Assembly (NCBI GenBank): GCA_050246755.1 | Contig: JBFWVL010000001.1 | Coordinates: 1,696,001-1,760,000 of the forward strand | Direction of reading: 5' to 3' | DNA: 64,000 nt | Source of the DNA: Bacteriovoracia bacterium | Lineage (GTDB): Bacteria > Bdellovibrionota > UBA1018 > CAIPTA01 | In this document: piece by piece, positions 1 through 8,375 of the stretch | How positions within the stretch are numbered: position 1 is the first letter of the stretch | Layout of the letters: every line of letters begins with the position of its first letter | Made by a program: the position numbers and the translations under genes | The notes under the pieces: generated by a model | Databases searched by the model: none | The model's input: the letters and a program-made list of their open reading frames with translations, nothing else | Told to the model about the DNA's origin: nothing

Positions 1-357
1 TTCGTGGACGCTCCGTTGGCGGAGGCGTATAAAATTCTCGAGGATGGGCTGGGCCTGCCGCCGGCGCCGATCGTGAAGCGGCATGATTCGTATATGGGCG
101 CCTATTTCGGCGTGATGAAGTTCTTGGGTGGAAAAGGGGGCCGCATCCAAGACTATTTTCGGGCGCGAGCCGGGGAGAATTCTCCTTCGGAATGGCAAGA
201 TGCTGCCGACGCGGCTACCAGCGCGTACCTGAATGGGTTGCTCTATGCCACTAAGAGCGGCAAGCTGCTCCTGCCGCCGGCATTGGCCCTAGACGCGATG
301 CCCACCACACGCCGGCAAACGGTTTTAAAGATCGAAGAGAAGCGGGGGGAAAAATGA
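1..357 (+). CDS. Hypothetical protein, 5'-truncated; paralog of the C-terminal part of the next ORF
   Basis: Frame is open from position 1. VDAPLAEAYKIL...APIVKR...AYLNG...LDAMPTT aligns by eye with VDEPMAEVYKIL...APIIKR...AYLGG...VDALPTT of 354-1775. Confidence 0.75.
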   Translation, partial: FVDAPLAEAYKILEDGLGLPPAPIVKRHDSYMGAYFGVMKFLGGKGGRIQDYFRARAGENSPSEWQDAADAATSAYLNGLLYATKSGKLLLPPALALDAMPTTRRQTVLKIEEKRGEK

Positions 358-1775
358 GTTTCGCCCTGCGCCCGTTATTCGCCTGGCTCGCCTTTGCGAT
401 TCTAGCTGGTTCTCCGGCCATCGCTGCGGAAGAAGCCGGTTGCCCGGGAAAATTTAGCCGCTTGCTGAATAAGGCCGATGCGAACTGGAGCCTCTATTCG
501 GGCCGGGCCACGGGAAGCCTCGAAGAGGATGCCTTCGCTATTTTCGAGAAGGTGAGGAAGAATCCCGGCACGGAAATTTCCGCCGAAGAGCTCGAGTACC
601 TAAAGGCGCGGGGCCTTGATCTGATTTTTCGTAAATACCAAAATGCCAATACGATAATCCGAAAAATAAATCAGGTGATCGGCACGAATCGCCGTTCGCA
701 GCCAATTACTAGAGACTTTCTAAAAAACTGGAAGCGAACTGGGCTCGATTTTATCTCGAGTTATTTTGCTCCCGGGATTCCCGTGGGGCCTCATTCGAAA
801 GCCAAAGTTATCTTCCAAAAAGCCATCGAAACAATGGACTTCGATTTGGCGCCGGACAAGGTGGCTTTCCTAAAAAAATGGAAGCTATGGGACGACTTCC
901 TCCGCCTCAAGAGCGAAGCCGCGGAGTACCGCGACGGTTACCTGATGGCCACCCGCTTGCGGCGCGTGGGGAATGCGCTGCGCTGGGGCCTGGTGGGCGG
1001 GGCGGCCCTGAGCAACGCGATGGTGCCAATCGCCGAGACGGAACGGGTAGATAGCGAGGCGGCCCTGAAAGAGAAGTTGGGCGCCGGCGATAAAGGCCTG
1101 CGGTTAATATTTTCCACGGATGCTCGCTTGCCCGCGATGCTTCGCACCGAAAGCGGCGCGGTAGTGTTCCGGAAAAAGATGGCTACCTTTTATTCGGGGC
1201 AAAAGCTCCGGGAGCTGGACGAGCAAATCGCTAAGGATAAAATTTCTTATAATCAGGTTTTCATCCGTGCCAGCAAGGCCGAGGCCCGGCGAGTAATGGA
1301 TCGGGCCAGGGAGTTCGTGGTTACCAAGCAAATCGTAGATCGCGGAAGAGACTACGCGAGCAACACGAAGTACGTGGATGAGCCTATGGCCGAGGTTTAT
1401 AAAATTCTCACTAAGCAGCTCGGAATGGCGCATGCCCCGATCATCAAACGTACCGAATCCCTGATGCTGACCTACCTCAGCCTAATGAAGAGATTCGAGG
1501 ATCCTCGCGCCGGGAGGGTGAAGAGAATCATCCGCGTACGGCCCCTGGAGACCGCTCCTTCGGTGGAGCGGGAAGCGCTGCGGGGAGCGCTCGACGCCTA
1601 CCTTGGCGGGATGTTCTATATCGGCAGCAATTCGGCATATTTCACCGTGCCCATGCTCGGCGTGGACGCCCTGCCTACCACTAAATACCAGAAAAAAACC
1701 CCGCTGCCCCCAAGGCCCGCCATGCCCGCTTCCGGCCCGCCTCCCGGGATGCTTTTCGAGGATTTAAGTAAATAG
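354..1775 (+). CDS. Hypothetical exported protein (signal peptide, internal hydrophobic segment)
   Basis: 473-aa ORF with N-terminal signal (…SPAIA|AEE), ATGA overlap with the upstream paralog, Pro-rich tail. Confidence 0.75.
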   Translation: MSFALRPLFAWLAFAILAGSPAIAAEEAGCPGKFSRLLNKADANWSLYSGRATGSLEEDAFAIFEKVRKNPGTEISAEELEYLKARGLDLIFRKYQNANTIIRKINQVIGTNRRSQPITRDFLKNWKRTGLDFISSYFAPGIPVGPHSKAKVIFQKAIETMDFDLAPDKVAFLKKWKLWDDFLRLKSEAAEYRDGYLMATRLRRVGNALRWGLVGGAALSNAMVPIAETERVDSEAALKEKLGAGDKGLRLIFSTDARLPAMLRTESGAVVFRKKMATFYSGQKLRELDEQIAKDKISYNQVFIRASKAEARRVMDRAREFVVTKQIVDRGRDYASNTKYVDEPMAEVYKILTKQLGMAHAPIIKRTESLMLTYLSLMKRFEDPRAGRVKRIIRVRPLETAPSVEREALRGALDAYLGGMFYIGSNSAYFTVPMLGVDALPTTKYQKKTPLPPRPAMPASGPPPGMLFEDLSK

Positions 1776-2108
1776 TTTTTAATTACCTTGGGGCGGCCTG
1801 ATTTCGACCCTAAGCCGCCGCATTTTTCAAGCGTCAAAATTTTTTTTCCTTTCGTTAACAGGTTAGCTGGGCGGCGCTCGCGCTAAATGCTTGAACGCTC
1901 TGGGGAATCGAGAAATTGTTAAGCGATTTTGGATTTTGTTCACGGTATCCGTCGACGACAGAAGTTTGACAGTGGATATCCACGCTGTTAGCCTATTTAT
2001 AGGTGGCGGGGATTTTTGATTGAGTCCCCCAAGGGAATAATAAGCTTAGAAAAAAAGTCAGGCAGTCCAAGGTTGGGACTGTTGTCTTCCTAGGAAGGAT
2101 TTAAAGGC

Positions 2109-3524
2109 ATGACACGTAAGTCTATTCTTGTCGTTGACGATGAAGTTTCGATAAGAAAGGCTCTTTCCAAAGCTCTGGAGAGAGACGGCTACCTGGTTAC
2201 CGCGGTTAAGTCGAAGTCGGAAGCTTCGGCGGTTGCCCGCGAAACGGTCTTCCAACTTCTCCTTTGCGATCTCCATCTTCCCGACGGCAACGGCCTTCAT
2301 TTAATCCAAGAATTAAAACACAGCAATCCTGAGCTCGCGTCTATCGTGATCACCGGTAACGGTAGCGTGGAAAGCGCGATTCAGGCCACGAAGGAAGGCG
2401 TATTCCATTACGTAACCAAGCCTTTCAATATCGACGAAGTGCTCGTGTTGGTGGGCAAAGCTCTGAAGCTCGAAGAGCTTTCGATCGAGAACAAGCACCT
2501 CAAGCAGGCGCTCCATAAAAAATACAATTTTGATAATTTCATCGGCGACAGCTCCGCGATGATGTCGGTTTTCTCGATGATCGAGAAGGTGGCCAACTCG
2601 AACTCCACCGTTTTGATCACGGGCGAGAGCGGTACCGGCAAAGAGCTCGTGGCCCGCGCCCTCCACTATAATTCTGATCGCGGCGATAAGGGCTTCGTGC
2701 CCGTGAACTGCGGAGCCATCCCCGCCGGCCTCCTCGAGAGCGAATTGTTCGGCCACATGAAAGGCTCCTTCACCGGCGCCGTGGCTAATCGTCCTGGGCG
2801 CTTTCAGGCCGCCGACGGCGGAACGATGTTTCTGGATGAAATCGGCGAGATGAGCCCTGACCTCCAGGTGAAGCTCCTGCGCGCCCTGCAATCCCAGATG
2901 ATCGAGCCCGTGGGCTCCATGCGTCCCATCGAGATCGATGCCCGCATCATCGCCGCCACCAATGTAGACTTAGAAAAGGCCGTGATGGATCGCCGCTTCC
3001 GTGAAGATCTTTACTACCGCCTGAACGTGATTCCCATTGTGATGCCTCCTTTGCGTGAGCGCCGCGGGGATATTCCTCTCCTGATCAACCACTTTCTCAC
3101 CGTTTATAACGAAGAGAAGAAGTGCGACGTGATCATGCGTTCCGAAGAAGTGATGGGCATATTGATGGCTTACGACTGGCCTGGGAACGTGCGCGAGCTG
3201 GAGAACCTAGTGCAGCGCATGGTGGTGCTCAAGCACGCGGGCGAGATCGAAGTGAAAGATCTGCCCCAGAAGTTTTTTGTTTCGAAAGCCGGCGCGGCCG
3301 TGTTCGCGGCTCAGGCCGTGGCCCAAGGCATCGACGACTTCTTGAATTTCGAATTGCCCCAAGACGGAGTGGACTTAAAGGCCCTCGTAAACAGCTTTGA
3401 GGACCATTTGTTGAGACAAGCGCTCCAGCGCACCAACGGCAATAAGAATAAAGCTTCCGAGCTGCTTCGCATGAACCGCACCACGCTCGTGGAGAAGATC
3501 AAGAAGAAGCAGCTCTCGCTTTAG
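2109..3524 (+). CDS. Sigma54-dependent response regulator (REC-AAA+-Fis HTH); probable flagellar activator (FleQ/FlrA/FlrC-like)
   Basis: ILVVDDE/LLLCD receiver, GESGTGKE Walker A, ESELFGH-GSFTGA loop, FLDEIGEM Walker B, WPGNVRELEN, C-terminal HTH. Flagellar role is inferred from the neighbourhood. Confidence 0.93.
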   Translation: MTRKSILVVDDEVSIRKALSKALERDGYLVTAVKSKSEASAVARETVFQLLLCDLHLPDGNGLHLIQELKHSNPELASIVITGNGSVESAIQATKEGVFHYVTKPFNIDEVLVLVGKALKLEELSIENKHLKQALHKKYNFDNFIGDSSAMMSVFSMIEKVANSNSTVLITGESGTGKELVARALHYNSDRGDKGFVPVNCGAIPAGLLESELFGHMKGSFTGAVANRPGRFQAADGGTMFLDEIGEMSPDLQVKLLRALQSQMIEPVGSMRPIEIDARIIAATNVDLEKAVMDRRFREDLYYRLNVIPIVMPPLRERRGDIPLLINHFLTVYNEEKKCDVIMRSEEVMGILMAYDWPGNVRELENLVQRMVVLKHAGEIEVKDLPQKFFVSKAGAAVFAAQAVAQGIDDFLNFELPQDGVDLKALVNSFEDHLLRQALQRTNGNKNKASELLRMNRTTLVEKIKKKQLSL

Positions 3525-3953
3525 TTATTTCTCTTCGGCGATCTTATTTAAAATGGTGTTGGCCATTACTTTCAGCTCTCGCTGACCTTCTTCGCTTTTT
3601 GCATAAACTTCGACATCAAAATTTCCGTACCTCTTGGAGAGGGCGGCGATTTTTTTATAAGAAGCTTCAAACTCGGTGCAAGTTTTATCTGCGGGGAGCT
3701 CTTCTAGCGCTTGTTCGGCCTCTTTCTGGAGATTGGCGTTGCCGCCGTCTGCGTCTAGGAAAACAAGACCCAGTATGGCAGTTAACAGCTTAGCCGTAGA
3801 CATTCCACTGGCATCGCATTTGGCCATTGCCGGTATAATCTGAAGTAAAGCCTTTTCATTGTTGGCTTCGTCGGAGGCCCCGGCTTTCGCGTTCGAGGCG
3901 AAGACGCCGACGGTTACAAGAGATACGAGCAGTAACTGGCTGAGCTTTTTCAT
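3525..3953 (-). CDS. Small hypothetical secreted protein
   Basis: MKKLSQLLLVSLVTVGVFASNAKA signal peptide with AAGGAAG SD upstream; stop codon abuts that of the regulator. Confidence 0.7.
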   Translation of the reverse strand: MKKLSQLLLVSLVTVGVFASNAKAGASDEANNEKALLQIIPAMAKCDASGMSTAKLLTAILGLVFLDADGGNANLQKEAEQALEELPADKTCTEFEASYKKIAALSKRYGNFDVEVYAKSEEGQRELKVMANTILNKIAEEK

Positions 3954-4123
3954 GTTCACTTCCTTCGGAGCGTTTATTGAAGGCAGGAACATACCATTCC
4001 AAAACCGGCGATTCGCCTGTAATGATTCCGACGAGTGTTTAGGGTTTGGACGGAAGCCGCGCTAAGCAGCCAGAATAACAGATTTTTTCTTTTTTGGGGG
4101 AAGGCTGCGCTAAGCCGAAAAGT

Positions 4124-5074
4124 CTACTTATCGCTGGCGAAACGCGCTTCCGCGGCGTCGATATAGCTATTGATCCAATCCGCTAGGTACTTTTTATCGT
4201 CCTTCTCTAGGGGAGAACCATTTACTTCGGCTAAGAGCGCGGCGCGGCTGCCGATCAGGCGGCGCAGGTAAGGGGCATAGTTCGATTTTTCCACTGAAAC
4301 GGCGGAAAGGCTGGATAGCATTTGGTGGGCGGCTTCGGGAATATCTCCTTCCTTTTCGCTGAGCCCGGAGCGGTCGAAATCGTAGGGAAGCAGCGCGATC
4401 ACTTCGCCCTTAGCATTTTTAATCCGGCGCACGTTGTGGTCCGAGTATCCGGCAGCTGCTTGAAAATCGAAGTTGCGCAGGAAGCGTTCGGCGATCTCAA
4501 ACTCTGCATAGAGACTCGCATAGGGAATCGCGGCGGTGGAGTCGTTGAGGTCCAGGCGCGCCATGGCGTCTTTGATGTTCTCGATGAAGAAGCCTACTCC
4601 GCTCCCGTACTGTTCCCCGCTGGGTAGGCGGTAGGTTACTTCGGCCAGGCGAACCTGGAATCCCGGAAAGCCGGCGACCGCCAGCAAGCGATACTGCAGG
4701 TATTCGCGGATGGTGGCGGCTCGCGAAGCCTCGGTGGGCTTAGGCATGCAATTGGTGACGAATTTCATGTCACGGTCGAGGCGTTTGAAAATCCTGGGCC
4801 GTTTTCCTTTGGGCAGAATAATTTTCAGCGGCGGCAGATCGGAGCAAAGAAGGCGACGGTAGTTTCCGCGAGGCGCTATCTCGATCTTCATGGATTTTCC
4901 GGCAGCATTTAAGGTGCCAGGCAGTAACTTTTCTTCCACGTCTTTCTGCGCGGCGATTTCTTTGAAGTCGGCCTTTATTTCGATCGGTAGAATTTTGGTG
5001 GAATGGAAAAGCGCCGGCTGACCCGCGAACGCGAGCGGCGCAGTCAAAGAGAGGAAAAGGGCGAGGATTCCCAT
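4124..5074 (-). CDS. Secreted CotH/atypical-kinase-like protein
   Basis: Signal peptide; PRGNYRR-C-PPLK, KFVTNC, REYLQY, GFFIE, HN, PYDFD-SGL motifs resemble the CotH-kinase-related family. Confidence 0.6.
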   Translation of the reverse strand: MGILALFLSLTAPLAFAGQPALFHSTKILPIEIKADFKEIAAQKDVEEKLLPGTLNAAGKSMKIEIAPRGNYRRLLCSDLPPLKIILPKGKRPRIFKRLDRDMKFVTNCMPKPTEASRAATIREYLQYRLLAVAGFPGFQVRLAEVTYRLPSGEQYGSGVGFFIENIKDAMARLDLNDSTAAIPYASLYAEFEIAERFLRNFDFQAAAGYSDHNVRRIKNAKGEVIALLPYDFDRSGLSEKEGDIPEAAHQMLSSLSAVSVEKSNYAPYLRRLIGSRAALLAEVNGSPLEKDDKKYLADWINSYIDAAEARFASDK

Positions 5075-5154
5075 GGTTACTTATCGGTATAAGCCCAAAG
5101 GAAAGTAAGGGGCTAGGGCGAAGCCCGGTAGGAGGTAAGGCGGAATGGCGCGAT

Positions 5155-6006
5155 CTATTTCGAAGCCGGAGCTTTTCCTTTTTTTGCGGGAGAAGGCGCG
5201 GGAGCGGCTTGTTTGGCGTCGTCGCTGGATTTCACCGCTTGGCGCACGAAGAATTTCAGCACGTTATTGCGGTTGGCGCCGCCGATGAGGTTTTTCAGGT
5301 CTTCATAGAGGGTAGCGTCGCTGAAGAGGGCGCCCACGGTGCCTTCGCCGTTCTTCACGCGTTCGGAAACTACGCGTAGATTCTTCATCGTCTGGCCGAG
5401 CTCGCCCATGGCATTGCTGGATTTCATCTGCTTGGTGATCTCTTTCATGTTGGTCGAGGTTTCCCCTAGATCCTTCATGATATTTTCCATATGGTTTCCC
5501 TTAGCGAGCGCCGAGGTGAGCACTTTTAAATTCGCGAGGTTTTCTTTGAGGAGTTGAACGGCGTTCGATCCGTCGGAGAGCATGGCGTTGAGATCCTTGC
5601 CGGCTTCCGAGGCGATCACGGCGCCGTCGTTCAGTACAGCTTTGTCCGCCGAGCCGCCGGTGATTTCTAGAAATTTATCGCCGAGCACGCCTTGGGTCTG
5701 GAAACGCACCACGCTGTCTTCGCGCACGCGGTTTTGGTAGCTCTTGTCGATCAAAATAGTAACGCGCACGTTTTCGTAGTTTTCGGAGAAGGTGATGTCG
5801 CCCACGCGGCCGATTTTCAGGCCGCCGGAACGCACGAAAGCACCCTTGGCGAGGCCGCCGGCATCGGAGATGTCCATGAAGAGCTTGTATTGTTTTTCGA
5901 AGAGGCTCTTGGTGCCGCCCATAAAAAGAATGGTGAGCATTACCACCATGAGGCTGAGGAAGAGGAAGATTCCCGCTTTGATTTCGATGTCGAGTTTCCG
6001 TCGCAT
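5155..6006 (-). CDS. mlaD: MCE/MlaD family lipid transport subunit
   Basis: N-terminal TM, GL..GA.V..GG..IGRV, TQGVLGDKFLEI, helical C-terminus. Confidence 0.9.
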   Translation of the reverse strand: MRRKLDIEIKAGIFLFLSLMVVMLTILFMGGTKSLFEKQYKLFMDISDAGGLAKGAFVRSGGLKIGRVGDITFSENYENVRVTILIDKSYQNRVREDSVVRFQTQGVLGDKFLEITGGSADKAVLNDGAVIASEAGKDLNAMLSDGSNAVQLLKENLANLKVLTSALAKGNHMENIMKDLGETSTNMKEITKQMKSSNAMGELGQTMKNLRVVSERVKNGEGTVGALFSDATLYEDLKNLIGGANRNNVLKFFVRQAVKSSDDAKQAAPAPSPAKKGKAPASK

Positions 6007-6035
6007 TTGCAAAAGCCTCGTTCCGTGTACGAATT

Positions 6036-6782
6036 CTAGTGAACAGATCCTTCGATAAATGCCTTAACGACGGGATCAGTACTTTTCTTAATGTTTTCGA
6101 CGGAATCAATCACGTGAATTTTCTTATTGTAGAGAACCGCTATCCGGTCAGAAACCTCTAGGGCAGCAGGAATATCATGGGTCACGAAGATCGCACTCGT
6201 TCCCATCTGCCGCAGCTTATCCATAATCTCTATTAGATTCTTGGTGTTCTGCGGATCGAGGCCGGCGGTGGGCTCGTCGTAGAGGATGATTTCGGGCTCG
6301 AGGATGATCGCGCGGGCTAGCCCTACACGCTTTTGCATTCCTCCCGAGAGGCTAGCCGGGAGCAGGTTTTCACTGCCCGCCATGCCGATGAGGGAGAGCA
6401 TCTTGGCGATTTTAGCCTGGATCTCTTGGTCGCTGAGGTTGGTGTGCTCGATCAGGGGATACGCGAGGTTCTCCATCACGCTCATCGAGTCGAAGAGGGC
6501 GCCGTTCTGAAAAACGTAGGCAATTTTTTTTCGCACCGGCGTGAGCTTATTCTCCGGCAGCCTGGCGATATCCTGGCCCTGAAACAAAATTTCGCCGCCG
6601 TCGGGTTTCTCGAGGCCGATGATCGAGCGCAAGGCCACGCTTTTGCCCGTGCCCGATCCGCCGAAGAGCGAGAGAATCTCGCCTTTGCGCAGCTGTATAT
6701 CGATCCCATCGTGTACGGTTTTTTCGCGGAAGCGTTTCTTCAATCCTTTAAGCTCGAGAACGATTTGTTCGGATGTGCTCAC
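6036..6782 (-). CDS. mlaF: MlaF/Mkl family ABC ATPase
   Basis: GGSGTGKS, FQNGALFDSM, LSGGMQKRVGLARA, YDEPTAGLDP. Confidence 0.93.
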   Translation of the reverse strand: MSTSEQIVLELKGLKKRFREKTVHDGIDIQLRKGEILSLFGGSGTGKSVALRSIIGLEKPDGGEILFQGQDIARLPENKLTPVRKKIAYVFQNGALFDSMSVMENLAYPLIEHTNLSDQEIQAKIAKMLSLIGMAGSENLLPASLSGGMQKRVGLARAIILEPEIILYDEPTAGLDPQNTKNLIEIMDKLRQMGTSAIFVTHDIPAALEVSDRIAVLYNKKIHVIDSVENIKKSTDPVVKAFIEGSVH

Positions 6783-6789
6783 GATCGCC

Positions 6790-7566
6790 TCATTTGCCTA
6801 GGGTGATGAAAAATTTAGTGAGAAAGAAATCCCCGATCATGATCGAGATGCTCGAGGCTACCACCACCCAGGTGGTGGCATTGCCCACGCCCCGGGTGCC
6901 GCCTTCGGTATTCAGGCCGCGGTAGCAGCCGATAATGGAAATACAGAATCCGAAGAACAGCGTTTTAGCGGTGCCGCTGAGGTAATCGTTGAATACCAGG
7001 CTTTCGTAGACTTTCTCGAAGAAGAACTGAGGATTAAGGCCGAGCGTGGTTCCCACGAGCATCCCCGAAAAAAGCCCCATCATATCGGCAAACAGCGTGA
7101 GGAGAGGCAGGCAGATCAGCATGGCGAGCACGCGGGGGATCACGATGCGCTTAATCGGGCTGGTGCCGAGGGCGCGGATCGCATCGATCTGCTGGGTCAC
7201 CTTCATGGAGCCGATTTCGGCGGCCATCCCGGAGCCCATGCGTCCCGCCACCATGAGGCTCGTGAATACCGGCCCCATCTCGCGGATGATGGAGAGGCCC
7301 ACCACTTTCGGGATATAGAGTTTTCCGCCGAAGCGCTCGAGGCCGTAGCCGAACTGGAGTGTCATCACGGCCCCGCTGGTAATTCCCGTGATGGCCACGA
7401 GCAGGAGCGACTGCATGCCGATCACCACGATTTGTTCCGCGGTAAGCCCGAAATAGTAGGGAGGAGTGAAGAGCTCCTTAAACGTTTGCTTGATGAGAAA
7501 AAGAATTCCGCCCAGGGTAGAGAAGAAATCCAGGGCCGCGTCGCCGATTTTCCGGAAAAATTCCAT
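6790..7566 (-). CDS. mlaE: MlaE family ABC permease
   Basis: REMGPV, AGRMGSGMAAEIGSMKVTQQIDA, GGTRGVGNATT. Confidence 0.95.
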   Translation of the reverse strand: MEFFRKIGDAALDFFSTLGGILFLIKQTFKELFTPPYYFGLTAEQIVVIGMQSLLLVAITGITSGAVMTLQFGYGLERFGGKLYIPKVVGLSIIREMGPVFTSLMVAGRMGSGMAAEIGSMKVTQQIDAIRALGTSPIKRIVIPRVLAMLICLPLLTLFADMMGLFSGMLVGTTLGLNPQFFFEKVYESLVFNDYLSGTAKTLFFGFCISIIGCYRGLNTEGGTRGVGNATTWVVVASSISIMIGDFFLTKFFITLGK

Positions 7567-7569
7567 CGC

Positions 7570-8094
7570 TCACTCCGTTTTGAAAGAGGCGAGGAAGGTA
7601 TCGAAGGCAGGGCCATTCTTTTCTTCCCGTTTCGGAACCGTAACGTAGATGAAATCGTAGGTGCAGGAATTCTTGATGAGTACCACGGTCCGGATATTGA
7701 GGGGCACATTGTCTACCAGGCCGCTGAAAGTGGTATCGAGGGCTGGCGCACCCGCTAGGGAAATTTCTTCGCGCTTCATTACCTCGCGGTTGCTAATTCC
7801 GCGCACAAGATTATTCGTGAGAATCTCGAGAGAGGATGGAGAATATTTCCGGCAGATACTATTGAGAGAAATAATCGCGCCCGAATCGGGGTTCTCGTAG
7901 GCCACGTCGGCTTTCATGGCATCGGTGGAGCTGGGATCGTCGGCGGTGGCTAGTTTGTGCCAGGGTGAGGGCGGCGGCGTAACGGTATAATCCCGGCTCT
8001 TCGGCGCAGTCCTGTCGGGGAAGAGCAGGGCGCAGGAAGAGAGCAGGAAAAAGATTCCCATCCATGGGAGCTTAACCACCATCCATGATCGCAT
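7570..8094 (-). CDS. Lipoprotein, possibly PsbP/DcrB-like fold, first gene of the mla operon
   Basis: Lipobox LLSS-C; ends FDTFLASFK; 3 nt from mlaE. Fold call is tentative. Confidence 0.7.
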   Translation of the reverse strand: MRSWMVVKLPWMGIFFLLSSCALLFPDRTAPKSRDYTVTPPPSPWHKLATADDPSSTDAMKADVAYENPDSGAIISLNSICRKYSPSSLEILTNNLVRGISNREVMKREEISLAGAPALDTTFSGLVDNVPLNIRTVVLIKNSCTYDFIYVTVPKREEKNGPAFDTFLASFKTE

Positions 8095-8100
8095 AGGGAT

Positions 8101-8129
8101 ATCTTCTGGGATTGAAACAGCTAAGTCAA
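8101..8129 (-). promoter_or_regulatory. Putative sigma70 promoter of the mla operon (probably leaderless)
   Basis: TTGACT-N17-GAAGAT-N6-ATG; no SD. Confidence 0.45.
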
Positions 8130-8241
8130 TTGAGGGAAGCGCAGTTGGGGAGATCAGTTGGCGCTTATCGGTTCGGGGATCGGTTGGATATCCAAGCCGA
8201 AAAATGACACGGGCTCTACAAACGGAAGCGTTTATCGCGGC

Positions 8242-8255
8242 GTCACGGTTTTGAC
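8242..8255. promoter_or_regulatory. Putative enhancer box for a sigma54 activator
   Basis: GTCACGGTTTTGAC (GTCA-N6-TGAC) upstream of the sigma54 promoter at 8337. Confidence 0.55.
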
Positions 8256-8336
8256 TCTCCGCTTTGTGCCCGTCATTATTCCTGGGAGGCGGGGGCCTAG
8301 CCGAGGCTGAAACTAGCCTAGAAGGCCCGATAGGCG

Positions 8337-8351
8337 TGGCATATTAGTTGC
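8337..8351 (+). promoter_or_regulatory. Sigma54 -24/-12 promoter
   Basis: TGGCATATTAGTTGC matches TGGCAY-N5-TTGC. Confidence 0.8.
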
Positions 8352-8375
8352 GATTACGTTGTGGGGGTTTGTAGG

